From Octopus vulgaris (taxonomy: Eukaryota), in assembly GCA_951406725.2 (NCBI GenBank), contig OX597816.1:178932001-178996000 (forward strand): 64,000 bases of DNA. The letters run 5' to 3'. The notes beneath the pieces are model-generated. The model was not told where the DNA came from, made no database searches, and saw only the letters and a list, made by a program, of their open reading frames with translations. This document shows positions 1 to 12,490 of this stretch, piece by piece; within the stretch, counting starts at the first letter, position 1; the number at the start of each line of letters is the position of its first letter. Position numbers and translations under genes: made by a program.

Positions 1-878
1 ACCTTGGTAAAAGAACCACAAAAATTGCAATAGGTTATCCACCTGAAATTAGATCGGTGTGGCTTCTGGCAGCTGTTTGCTCCAATATCAAGGAGGTGAC
101 ACTGCTGGAGTTCAAGGAGAAAAAGTGCAGAACTGGTGTGGTGGGAGTCTTTCAGTGACACTTCAAGCCACACCAGCAGAACTGGAGGAAATTCCAGAAT
201 TTATAATTCTGCCAGATGAGACAAAACTGAGAGTCTCAATACAGGGCAGAATCCCAAGATGTTTCGAGTACAGACTAAAGGGGCACATAAGGAAACCGTG
301 CTCACAAGCCCTTCAAACCTGAAGCACAAGGAAAAAGACAAGATGAACCAAGGGAACAGCAAGAGAAGCTGAATGAGGAGGCTCCAGGTGAAGAGGAAGA
401 GAAGACAACGGAGAGGGAGAATTGCATGCCAGAGGAAGTTGGACCGTCCACAACTACCAAGGTAAGTGAAGAGGAATGGTCAGTTGCAGGGAGGACAAAT
501 GAAAAAAAAAGTTCTCCTTCTCTTCCTTCAACAAACACAAAAAGCTTAAAAACGAATGCACAAGAACAGATACAATCGCAGACAATAGACATTACAAACA
601 CAGACAGTAAAGAGGAAAAAGAAACTCCAAAAAAGTACACTGAATATACAACACAAGCAACACACAGCAAGGACAAACAGACAAAAATAGAACAACTCTT
701 CAAAACTCTTTCTAAAAATGTTCAATGATGTTATCTAGAGTGTGGGGTTTTGAGTTGATGTTGTTCCACCTTTTCATTTACCATTCTTTTCATTTGATTT
801 GATGTTTCCCTACTTTATTATTTTATCTGTCCTTGTTTGTCCCGTCTATGTTAGGCCCTGAATGGCCAAATAAAGAAA
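1..878 (+). mobile_element. Decayed non-LTR retrotransposon ORF1 (L1/Tx1-like, gag-type zinc knuckle) running into a 3'-end-like tail
   Basis: Frameshifted reading ...EFIILPDETKLRVSIQGRIPRCFEYRLKGHIRKPC is a degenerate CX2CX4HX4C knuckle. It is followed by a K/E/T-rich low-complexity tail, a T-rich stretch and AATAAA at ~869. No ORF2 is seen. Confidence 0.6.
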
Positions 879-1699
879 TACGGTCAGAGAGGTACGCTGT
901 TCAGGCCAGTCACGCAGACGACGACGAAGGGACGTCATCATAATGTGGGACCATATCACATATCTATCATCATGCCCCACTTACTAAATCCTCTGTGTAC
1001 CTCTCTATCACCCTCTCCACTGTTCCTAAACCTTGCACATCATCCCACCACATTCCAATCTATTCTCCTTCCGCAGTCACTCCTATATCTTTCACCTGAC
1101 TCCTCTCCACACAGCTATTCCTTTTCAAAAGCACTTCCACCCTTGTCTATCACACACTATATTCACCTCCACTTGTCTTCTGTTGCTCTTCTCTCCCCAT
1201 AGCAACTGTTTGCATCCTCTCCTATGCTCATGTATCTGCTCTATAGTAAAACACCTGCCCTTGTTCCTTTATTTAGCCTTTCAACAACTGGCATAAAGCC
1301 ATCCACTTCCACCTTCCCCACCCGAATAGTCCCCTTAGTAGTGGGAGTTTTTTTCTTTTTCCCCATTCTTTTTCTGTTAAAAAAAAAAAGAAGGAAAGAG
1401 TACCCACCCATAGAAACCATACCAAATCTGAGACTGGAGCTGAATGCAACTTTGCAGTGTGACAGATTCAGTCAAACATCCAACCCAAAATGGACCTCAA
1501 ACGATAATGATGGTGATGAGCCATACCTGTACTTATATTATGTTCTTTTAGCTCAGTGGTGCAGTTATTATACTTCCTTCACTGGGTCTTTCGGTTCAAG
1601 CCTTATCAATTTTTCTCTGATATGAAAATGAGAATGGAATAGAGTATATAACAATTTTTCTTTACCAATGTTCTCATACAGTAACAGAATAACATTGTC

Positions 1700-1910
1700 T
1701 TCAAATTTTGGCACAAGGTCGGGAATTTCCAGGAGGGGGTAAATTGGTTACATCAATCCCAGTACTCAACTGGTGCTTATTTTACCAACCCCAAGAAGAT
1801 GAAAGGCAAAGTTGACCTCAGCAGTATTTGAACTCAGAACATTAAAAGACAGATAAAATGTTGCTAAGCATTTTGCCCAACATGCTAACAATTCTACCAG
1901 CTCACTGCCT
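1700..1910 (-). mobile_element. SINE family A (tRNA-like head, central GCCTTTCATCCTT...GATAAAATAAGTACCAGT domain)
   Basis: The same domain recurs at ~5925-6105(+), 17385-17597(-), 22130-22275(+), 38120-38550(+, two copies), 45950-46150(-), 51590-51785(-), 52705-52900(-), 60060-60300(+) and 60860-61005(+). Confidence 0.8.
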
Positions 1911-2729
1911 TACAGTAGCAGAGACATATTATATCTTCAATTTTTTCCATAGTTAGGAGTGTTTACTTCTCAACATAAAGTGAAAAAATAATAGTAGATA
2001 ACAACTCTCAAGATAGAGGAGGTGACAAATATGTAACAAGGACTATAGCTTTCTCCTTAGACTATACATTCATACTACCTTATATGGAATTTTACACCAC
2101 CTAAAGAATCAAATGTTTAAAAAAGAAAAACAATGTCAAAAGAAATCTTAGTTCATGCTTCTCCATAAACTTCTGCCCATCTTAGTCTTCAAACAAACAG
2201 TGGAATTTCCAAGGGGTGCTGCTAGTTATGTTTTAAAATAGTTTTATATGAGTTTCCACTTCTTCACGAGACGTATCTCTATGCTCTTTACGTGTGTGTG
2301 TAGTATTGCTTTTGAGAGAGTAGACCTGTTAGCTTTCCTTTGCTATGGTGTTTGGTTTGTTGTTGCTGGAGTTATTTTGTTGCTTTTGTTATGCAAAATA
2401 TGTCCTATGTGAGTTGTGCTATTTGTTGAGTGGTGAATAGGCTTTGTATGTGGTGTGAAGCTGGTGTTTTGTGTTTCAGTATATTCTACCTAGCATTAAA
2501 GAATTGGAGCAATGTAGAATGTGAACTACATAAATTATTAGTATTGTAATGATAGGTATCAATTATACAATAGTGTGCATTGTTATTTTATTGGACATTT
2601 GCTGTGTTGAGTATGTGTGTGTTGTCTTATTTTAAGTGGTTATTGTATAAGGTATCTATTAGGGGCAGTGAAAGTGTTATTTGAGTTGTGGTTTACAAAT
2701 GCCTAGCTAACTTATTTTTTGGGATGTAA

Positions 2730-2782
<53 letters not shown>

Positions 2783-2783
<1 letters not shown>

Positions 2784-3290
2784 ATCATCATCATCATCGG
2801 CGTTTAACATCTGCTTTCCATGCTGGCATGTGTTGGACAATTTGACTGACGGCTGGCAAAGCCAGAAGGCTGCACCAGGCTCCAATCTGATCTGGCAGAG
2901 TTTCTACAGCTGGATGTTCTTCCTAACACCAACTACTCTAATAGTGTAGTTGGTGCCTTTTATGTGCCACCAGCACGAGGGCTGGTCCAACGGTACTGGT
3001 ATCGACCATGCTTGAATAGTGCTTTTTACATGCTACCGGCACAGGAGCCGGTCAGGCATCACTGGTAACAACTACATTCAAGTGGTGCTTTTTACGTACC
3101 ACTGGCATCGACCACACTCGAATGGTGCTTTTTACATGCTACTGGCACCCGTGCTGGTCAGGCAGCATTAGTAATGACCACACTCGAGTGGTACTTTTTT
3201 ATGTGCCACCGGCATGGGTGGCAAGCCATGGCAGTACTGGCATCAGCCATGACAATGACTTCACTTCACTCAACAGGTCTTCGTAAGCGC
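2783..3290 (-). mobile_element. Retroposon family B with (GAT)n tail and internal ~60-70 bp subrepeats (SINE or LINE 3' end)
   Basis: Shared motif ...GGAAGGGCATCCAGCTGTAGAAAC...CCATGCCAGCATGGAAAGCGGACGTTAAACGATGATG. Other copies lie at ~3777-4120, 6690-7042, 15090-15400, 15432-15760, 18893-19215, 40130-40450, 51858-52024, 55503-55750 and 60383-60843. Confidence 0.8.
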
Positions 3291-5315
3291 AATATGTGTA
3301 TATATAAATTTCTTTTGGATAGACACAGGTGTGGCTGTGTGGTTTAGTCTCAGGTTTAGTCCCACTGTAAGGCCCCTTGGACAAGTGTCTTCTACTATAG
3401 CCCCAAGTTGATGAAAGTCCTGAGTGGATTTGGTAGATGGGAACTGATAGAAACGTGTCATATATACATGTGTGTGTGTGTGTTACTATATCCTTGCCTT
3501 GACTGTCAGTGAGAATTGTAAATGAGTGTTACTATCATGCAGTCAGTGTCCTTCCATTCCAATCTCCCATGTAAACATGTCTGGTTATGGGTAAAATTAC
3601 CAACATGGAAACAGGTGAGGGTTGGTAACAGGAAGGGCATCCAGCTGCACAAAAATCCACCTCAACAAATTCTGCCCAACCTATGCAAACATGGAGAAGT
3701 GGACATTAAACAATCATGATGATGATGATGGTATGGCAATGTTATACATATGAAATTGTCAAGAGAAATCAGGATGCATCATCATCATCATCGTTTAGTG
3801 TCTGCTTTCCATGCAGGCATAGATTAGACAGTTAACTGGAACTGATGAGCTGGAGAGCTGCACCAGGTTCCAGTCTGATTTGGCAATGGTTTCTATGGCT
3901 GGATGCCCTTCCTGATGCCAACCACTCCAAGAGTGTAACGGGTGCTTTTTATGTGCTACTGTTGCCAGTAACTGGGTGCCAATTACATGACACAGGCATC
4001 GACCACAACTACAATTTCACCTGGCTTGACGAGTCTTCTCAAGCCCCAACAGTCTCAGTCACTTGTCATCACCTCCGTGAGGCCCAACGTTCGTACAGTG
4101 CTCTTTTTATGTGCCAGTTATGTGTAGCAACTTAAGGAGTTTTAACTTCATGAGTTAGGAGAGCATAGAGCTTCAAAATTGTTTCTGTGGTATATGTATA
4201 GTGACTGCCTTTCAGTGCAGTTGAATGGGAATAGGTTATTATGCCCATGAAATGCTTAGGTTGCAAGTGAATGTTGACTGTTTGCAGAATGTTAAGGAAG
4301 TGCATTTACCAGTGTGTGTATGTGGAAAGTGACACATGTCACTAAGATATGAAATAAATGTAAGACAGAACTCAGAGGCATGCTACAGTTGATAGAATGT
4401 GAGTCAGAAAAAGCTTGTTACTGATGACAAGAACAAAAATGCTTTTATTATAGTTAATGAATGTAATTGCGTGATTTGATTACAGTGGTGTGTAAACTGA
4501 CAGAACACAATAATGTTGTCTTAGAGACACTATATTTGGAAGGAAACACAATGGTCATGGCTGGAAAATCCATAATTATAAGTCTGCTTAACCTGGGGTT
4601 AAACAACAAGTTGTCAGTGTTTTGGTTCAATGAACTACAAACTGAAAGAACTTACCTCCTACAAATAAAATAGTTCAACATTTTGGACTGAGTAGGACCA
4701 TTACACTGCTTCACAATGTTTACAATAATAACAAGAAATAACATATTTTCTATCACAGTAAGACTCTTAGCCAAAAAAAAAAATTACTAAATCTTGAGTA
4801 ATCATCATATCTAATAAATAAGGAATTGTAATCCCAACAGTGAGGAATAGTGGAGATTATATACATATCTTTTGCTTGATTCAGTCATTAGACTGTGGCC
4901 ATACTGGAGCACCACCTTGAAGAACATTTAGTCAAATGAACTGATGCCAGTACTTAATTTTTTGGCTAAACCTGGTATTTATTCCATCAGTTTTTTTTCC
5001 TGAACTGCTAAGTTACAGGGATGTAAACACAACACCCATTGGCAAGCAGTGGTGAGACACAAACACACATTATATATTTATATATATATATATATATTAT
5101 GATGAACTTTCAGTTTCCATCTACCAAATCCACTGACAAGGCTTTGGTCAGCCTGATGCTATAGTAGAAGTCCCTTGCCCAAAGTGCCACGCAGTGGGAC
5201 TGAACCCAGAACTAAGTGGTTAGGAAGCAAACTTCTTACCACACAGCCACACCTGCACCTCATACATATTTATTTTCAGATTTCATGTCTAAATCTTGGT
5301 TTAAATGGTTCTTAA

Positions 5316-5534
5316 CCCTTTAGTGTTCAGATTATTCTATCAAACATAATGCCTATTGATTCCCATTGATTTGAATTAATCATGCATTATCTCATATCTT
5401 CAAGATCTTGATGGTGTAATTACTTAATGTAGAATAACATTGTAGGGTAGGTGTGAGAGCCTGGATCTGGTCAGTTTGAACATAAAACAGATTAAATATT
5501 TTGGCCGGATATTGCCGGTTTAAATACTAAAGGG
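5316..5534. mobile_element. piggyBac-type MITE (TTAA target duplication, CCCTTTAG terminal inverted repeats)
   Basis: TTAA|CCCTTTAGT...ACTAAAGGG|TTAA. Related copies lie at ~47761-47980 (partial), 59577-59801 and 62133-62348. Confidence 0.75.
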
Positions 5535-6379
5535 TTAACACTTCTTTTAATGTTTTCATATCAGGTCTTGGGTAGTAGATGCTTCTGCTGTACCATAAAA
5601 GTGACTCGGGGTCCAAGATTACCGAACACTTTTTCTGTTTCAGTCACAAGTTTATAGTGGATTCATAAAGGGAATACTTTTTTTTTTTAATATTAAATAT
5701 CTGATGAAGATTTAACATATTATTCACAGCTATATTTTATAAAAACAAAAACAACTTTAGGATAGCTAATGACAGTTTGCAGTTTGTTAGAGTGTCAGAG
5801 TGCAAACTAGTGTTTATCAAGTGAATCAAAGTAGTGCACATGATAATACAAGGTGTCAGAGCCATTACTGCCAAATAAGAAGTTTAAAATAATATCAATA
5901 TTTCTAATTACCAAGGGATGCCAAGTAAAATGCTTAGTGGCATTTCGTCCATCTTTATGCTCTGAGTTCAAATTCTGCTGAGGTCAACTTAAACTTTCAT
6001 CCTTTTCATGTCAATAAAATAAGTACTAGTTGAGGACTGGGGTTGATGTAAGTGACTTATGCCTTGCATCAAAACTTGCTGACCTTGTGCCAAAATTTGA
6101 AACCAATATTTCTAATTACTAAAAGAATGGAAGATTTATGGCTTTAAAATGCCTTCTAACACAGTTTTACACAAAAGGAGCAGGAAAAAATTTACTTTTT
6201 TTAATATTCTTCAATCAAACAGAGCCATAGACACAAGTATTATATGATTAAATGTTAACCATAAGAAGAGAAATTAAGAGTAGTTACAAATTCAGAATAT
6301 TGAAGCAAGAATAATATTCTCTCTGAAGATTAATTATATTTTCTTCTGTAATGGTAATATGTTAAGATATATAACTTGT

Positions 6380-6677
6380 GTGGAGGCGCAATGGCCTAGT
6401 AGTTAGGGCAGCGGACTCGCGGTCGCAGGATCGCGGTTTCGATTCCCAGACCGGGCGTTGTGAGTGTTTATCGAGCGAAAACACCTAAAATCTCCACGAG
6501 GCTCCGGCAGGGGGGGGGGGGTCCCTGCTGTACTCTTTCTCCCACTCTTTCTTCTGTTGATCTGCTCGCTTAGCCAGCGGGGTGGCGTCATTTGAAGGCT
6601 AAAACAATGCGAACGCATTGTGACCAGCGATGTGTAACAACATCTGATGGTCTGGTCAGTCACGTGATCACGTGATA
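6380..6677 (+). mobile_element. Young tRNA-derived SINE (family C) with target-site duplication
   Basis: A box TGGCCTAGTAGTTAGG and B box GGTTTCGATTCCC. Tail CACGTGATCACGTG. Flanking direct repeat ATATAACTTGTG. Confidence 0.9.
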
Positions 6678-7349
6678 TAACTTGTGGAAGAGGGAGACCC
6701 AGGAAGATGCAGACAAATTACTGAAGGCTGATTTCAAAACACTGAACCTTATGAAGGACATAACAAAGGGCCGCGATATCTGGCCCCTTGCTGTACTCAA
6801 GAAGACCTGTCCACTACAGCAGAACTGATACTGGTGTTCAGGCTACATTAAAGGCACTGGTGCTAATGCCACATAAAAAGCATCCACTACACTCTTGGAG
6901 TGATTGGCATTAGAAGGGCATCCAGCTGTAGAAACCATGCCAGAACAGACAATGGAGTTTGGTGCAGCCCCTGGCCTTACCAGCTCTGGTCAAACTGTTC
7001 AATCCATACCAGCATGGACAACAGAAGTTAAATGATGATGATGGCTATACACGGACTCCTTTAAAAACAACTGGCTATACTATTATATTATTTGAACAGA
7101 CAACAGATTGTAGGCTTGGCAATTTATATCTAGTTACTTCTGTTGCACTGTATTGCTAACAAAACTATTTCTCTTTGGATCAGATCATTTAATTACAAAT
7201 AGTTTAAATGAGTAGGCACACTTTTCTTATACACAATAGAGGGGAAATGGATGCCAATGATAAAAGTAATGTATGTAGAGCATTACTCTAATATGGGACT
7301 TGCATGAACTTTGTAGAGGGTCCACAACTGATCACGGCTAAGGTAGTTA

Positions 7350-7732
7350 CTTTTTACTTGTTTCAGTCATTTGACTGCGGCCATGCTGGAGCACCGCCTT
7401 TAGTCAAGCAAATTGACCCCGGGACTTATTCTTTGTAAGCCCAGTACTTATTCTATCGGTCTCTTTTTGCTGAACCGCGAAGTGACGGGGACATAAACAC
7501 ACCAGCATCGGTTGTCAAGCAATGCTAGAGTGACAAATACAGACACATACATATATATACATACATACGACAGGCTTCTTTCAGTTTCCGTCTACCAAAT
7601 CCACTCACAAGGCTTTGGTCGGCCCGATGCTATAGTATAAGACATTTGCCCAAGATGCCACGCAGTGGGACTGAACCCAGAACCATGTAGTTCATAAGCA
7701 AGCTACTTACCACACAGCCACTCCTGCACCTA
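7350..7732 (-). mobile_element. CORE-type tRNA-derived SINE (family D), bipartite with internal microsatellite
   Basis: Head GGAGTGGCTGTGTGGTAAGTAGCTTGC...GGTTCAGTCCCACTGCGTGGCATCTTGGGCAAGTGTCTTCTAC and tail GACTGAAACAAGTAAAA. Other copies lie at ~3327, 4870-5262, 10990-11330, 13420-13820, 14630-15037, 19325-19705, 19812-20212, 46410-46813, 58735-59140 and 63650-64000. Confidence 0.9.
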
Positions 7733-10222
7733 TGTAAAGTATAGTCTTTGGGATGCAATATTGCCAATGGTATAATGTGAGGTCACCACGAGAGATTGTG
7801 AGACCTTGCTTTTGTAATCAACCACTGAAAGGCTGAAGTGCAAAAGTATTTCCTTTGTTCAACTGAAAAAAGACTATGTTGTTATGTTACCATCTGATGA
7901 TGCATTCGAGCTGTTAATTAATACAAAAATGAAACTTCAACAATTCCAACTTAATGGTACAATTAAACAAGATTCCTTTTAGAAGTACATCTCTAAATTT
8001 ATAACTTTGAAATAAATATTAAAAAATAATAGTTTTCACAAATAAGACAGTCTATGCGGTACTGGCTACGGCCACGTTTGGATGATTTTCTTGTGTGCCA
8101 CCGGCACTGGTACCACAAAGATACAAATTCCATAAAAAATAATAGTTTTCACAAATAAGACAAATTGAGATCTAATCTAATCTGTCTTTTTGTGTATTTA
8201 GAACCTAAAGCTGTCATTCTCAGTCCATGGATCTAAACTGTAGGCAGCTTTAGAGTTACTGAGTATCTTATTTTGGAAATCACCTTGCCCCAAAAACTTT
8301 CCACTTATTCGAGTAATATGATGTTATAACTGTTATTGAGTTTCTAAATATTATGAGTTGTATGAGAGGTTATTATTGTTAATTTATATCTTTCTTTTTT
8401 TTAATTAAAATTGTTATTTATATTATGTACTTCTGTGAATAAAAAGAACTTTCTTTACTGTTGATTGATACCGCATTTAAAATGGTCTTCTGTGTCATGA
8501 ATAACGTTTATAACTGTCACGTGGGTGTCACAATAACTTTTTTGAAATTGAAATATTGAGAACAAAAAAAGGTAATCAACAAAAGAAAATCAGAAAAGCA
8601 GAGCGGTGCAAAATATGAAGCTTGGTTGTGTCCAAGCTGCGGAGTTGCCGCCAGTCAGTGGAAGACATAGGAAGGGAGACAATCATTAGAAAAACAATTC
8701 CATTAATATCTCCAGGTGAATGGCGAGCCAAGAATTATGAAAGAATTTCTAAAATATCTCACCAAACCAGTTCGGAAAATAAAGCGAAACACAAATCGAT
8801 AGAGTAAATATTTTACCCTAACTCTATTAAATACAGTCAGACCGTTCAATAGCGTCCAGATTAACTAGTGCAATATTTAAAAACAAATCCTATAAAGCCA
8901 TGAGAAGATTTCTGGTAGGATAAGATTATAGGTAACGATTAATCAGTGCAAACCTGCAAAAGGTGTGGTTGGTGCGAGGCAGCAAATGAGGATGGTTGGC
9001 AAGGTGCAAAATGCCATCAACATATAGACGCAGTGCGTGTGTGCGGTGTGTTTGGAGTTGTGTCAAGGATATGAACGAGTGTGGTTGTTTACATAAGGTA
9101 TATCGATGACCAAAGTCATTATTAAACGAATGGAAGCAGAAAGGTAGAGAGAAAAAAGATTGATGTATCAAAGTAGTATGTATGAGGGGGAAGGGTATTC
9201 AGACGAATATCTATTTTGTTTTAACTTGAGAAACAAAAAGAAGGGGGTGTGGGGTTGTTACAAATTTTGCTCTGGATGAAGCAGAATCATAATTTGTGTT
9301 GATTTAGTAAGGACTGAGCATGAAGTGGGCATGCTGCAAATCGATAATAATTCAAATAAATCATACCTTTAAATATTCGCTACTCCGTTTAACAATAAGT
9401 CAATGTCAAAGAGAAAATGTGATTGAGAGAGATTCACGAATTTCTCAAGAGCAACAGAAAGGTATGAGATTGGTATCTCATACATTCTGACCATAAAGCT
9501 ACGGATTTGTAAAGGAAGGACTATATTCTATTGATTTGACTCTGATACATGTCTGGTGTTAGGTTTTATTGAGCCTGGGGAAATAAAAGCTTGGAGACAA
9601 CATAAACGAGATTTGAATTAAGAATTTCTGTTATAAAACGCACAGAAATAGTTGTGTAATTCGATCTCGGTAAATTAGGAGTACTTGATTTATCGATCCT
9701 GGGTGGATGAATCGGAAAGGAAACACTTAGCAAAATTTATTAATAGGAAGGCGAATGGATGTTTGTGGTGGAGGCAAGAGAGAGAGAGAATGAAAAGTGT
9801 GTGGCGATAATAACTGCGTATGATGAGTGGAAAAGAGGAAAAGCAACGGATTAGAAGGAGAGAATGAAGAGGATGGAAGTGGCTATGAAAGGTGGTCGGA
9901 GGAAGGAACACTCGCCTTCAATCGTTCACACAAAACATGTTTCTCTACCTAAACACATACATAGGAGTTGTGAGTGTGTGTGTGTGTGTGTGTATACATG
10001 TACACACATACAGACAGCCACACACACATACAAACAGATAGCCACACACACACACACACACAAAGGGAGAGACTCACATATATATGGAGAGATAGAGCAA
10101 CAAGCGGATCGCTATTGGAATGTGTTATTAAAAGAGAGGTGCACGTTGATCCATCAGAAGCCTTTCTCACTCCCTTTCTCTTCTACACGGCCAGTATGCA
10201 GGTGAAAATCGTTCGCACTTAC

Positions 10223-10228
10223 CCCCAT
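10223..10228 (-). CDS. Candidate first coding exon end (Met-Gly, phase-0 intron); gene unidentified
   Basis: The - strand reads GGAGCG ATG GGG|GTAAGT, a perfect donor, downstream of the promoter motifs. Later exons were not identified. Confidence 0.45.
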
Positions 10229-10400
10229 CGCTCCGGTAAATTACCAAATTGAAGTAGTATCAACGGACCAACATCAAGTACTTATCACGTGGTATACCGC
10301 TTCCGTTTCACTAACACTTCACTTCCGCTCTGTGAAAGCTGCAGCAAAAGCGACGAACCGCGCCAGTTGCGATCCAGGGCGGGACACGAGCACAGAGCTT
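10229..10400 (-). promoter_or_regulatory. CpG-rich promoter / 5' UTR of a - strand gene
   Basis: Local CpG enrichment against a CpG-poor background. The - strand reads GCGGAAGTGAA...ACGGAAGCGG (ETS-type sites) and then CACGTG (E-box), immediately before an ATG and splice donor. Confidence 0.6.
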
Positions 10401-11529
10401 GCTCTAGTGTTGCTATGATCGAAATTGTCGGGATTTGAACCCAGAACATAAAAGAATAGAGGAGAACTATATCCGCCGCTCCGATCCTAATATTCTTGGG
10501 AGTGGGTGGCTGTTTGACAATTCGTGTTATCAACGGTAAACCTACACAAGTCCGTCCCTCTTCACTTAGTTTCCTCATAACTTCCAGAAAAATGGATATT
10601 CTTTAATGAAATTTTCTATAAATACCCTTCAGATGATGTAAATTCTGATTACAATAGAATCTGTTATGAAAAATATTCCCGAGGGTAGGGAGAGGGGATT
10701 CAGAAAATTCATACGATTCGGCTTTCTTTCCTCATAACTTTCCGACAAATAAGTATTTTTAATGAATTTTCTACAACTACTTTTCAGATGGTGGAGATTA
10801 GTATTGCAATTTAATATGAAAAAAAAAATGGTGGGCTCCTACACGACAATATCTATAAAATGAAACATGAAATATCGGAAAAAATTGTGATGTGTCAATA
10901 TATTTGTATGTGTGTTCAACAATTTTATTTTTCACATTAAATTCCAATATAATGGTCGTCTGCACTAACTGAAAAGTATTTATCTTTTATTTTCTACTTG
11001 TTTCAGTTATTAGACTGCAGCCATACTGGGGCAATGGCTTGAGGAACTTTTAGTCGAATGAATCGATCCCAGTATTATTTTCTTTTTTAAGCCTAGTATT
11101 TATTCTATTGGTCTCTTTGTCGAACCTCTAGAATATGGGGACGTAAACACACCAACACCGGCTGTCAAGCGTTGGTGGGGGGAACACGTATGTTTCCATC
11201 TACCAAATCCACTCACAAGACATTGGTTGGCCCAAGGCTATAGTAGAAGCCACATGCCCAAGGTGCCACATAGTGGGACTGAACCTGGAACCATGTAGTT
11301 GGGAAGCAAACTTCTTACCACCCAGCCATTTTGCCTTTTTTGCGGGAAAGTGATGAGAAAACAAAAGTTGGGTATGCATGCTGTTAACGTCCACTATTCC
11401 ATGCATAGATTGGACAGAGTTTATTGAGACAGACTTTCTATGGTCAGATGCCTTTCCTGTTGTCAACACTTACCCGTTTCCAAGCAATATTTCCCCATGT
11501 CCAGACATGTTCTTGCAGAATATTTGAAT

Positions 11530-12490
11530 ATATGCATCTAAGTCCGAGAGCAATGTCCGCAGAGATTCCCAGTGTTTGGATAGCATTTCATCCCAGCAAC
11601 TTTGGTGACTATGTAAATTATTGAGCTTTGTTTACCATTCATTGGATCCTTGGTTTGGCTCATAAAAGTTCCCAGCATGCGCTTGCTGGCAGACTCCTAG
11701 CGAAGTCTGACATCATCAAGCTTCGGTTTTCCTAGTTTCCAGACAAGCAAAGGAATGAAATTTCCTGTAGTTACAGTGTCCAGTTCCATCATGAACTGTC
11801 GGTCAGGGATTGTGATTAGCACAACTAGCCTAGAAGTATCATCGGGAACTTCACCAAGAATTGTTTTGACAAGCTCTGCTTTCATGATTCTCTTCACAGA
11901 CAGTTGGGAACAATGTTCCTGTTGCTGTCATTGCTTCTTCTTATGAGCAGTTTCCAAATGTCTTTCCTTGTCACAAAAGTGGCATCTGATTTCTTTGTAG
12001 GGGCAATATGTCACTTTATAGGCTGTTCCACATCTGTAACACTTCAACTCAGGGTCTATGGAATTAGATTGCTGGTGGTTTTTTCATTGACCCTTGTTCT
12101 GTCTCTGCTTGACCTTGTTGACAGGCCTGGTCTTGGAACTGTAAACAGTTTCCTTGGCAACGTTCACCATGTCAATCGTGACTTGGACAGCACAGGCAAT
12201 GTCCACCTCTGTGCCCTTGATCTTGAAAAGAGCCTTCAAGGCAGCTTCATTGTTGACAGAACATGAATCTCAGTCTAGAGCTTCATCTTGAGGGTCTGTG
12301 ATCTGAGGAAAGTCACAAGTTGTAGTGTCTTCGCATATACATGCTGCCAGCTCCTGGTGAGTTTCACCTGGCTACCATTGCATGTCACTCCAGAGCTTGA
12401 AGCATTGTCACACAATAGAACATTTTGGGTCAATTTGTTTTCAGAAATTTGACGATTTCCTCCATCATCAGCTTGTTAATATCCTTGGGC
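11530..12490 (-). mobile_element. Degraded Ty3/Gypsy gag-protease remnant
   Basis: - strand translation across stops gives KLWSDMQW*PGETHQELAACICEDTTTCDFPQITDPQDEAL..CSVNNEAALKALFKIK, a double knuckle (CYRCG..., CHFCDKERH) and a protease-like MELDT motif. Confidence 0.8.

Noticed and set aside
1529-1617. - strand exon candidate (EKLIRLEPKDPVKEV*)
   Set aside because: All frames stop and the phase does not join the Met-Gly exon directly.
6380-6460. tRNA gene (also 14280-14355 and 47036-47115)
   Set aside because: The tRNA-like head continues into a SINE body with target-site duplications.
8202-8445. + strand terminal exon candidate (PKAVILSPWI*, AATAAA at ~8438)
   Set aside because: Too short to support; no linked exons identified.
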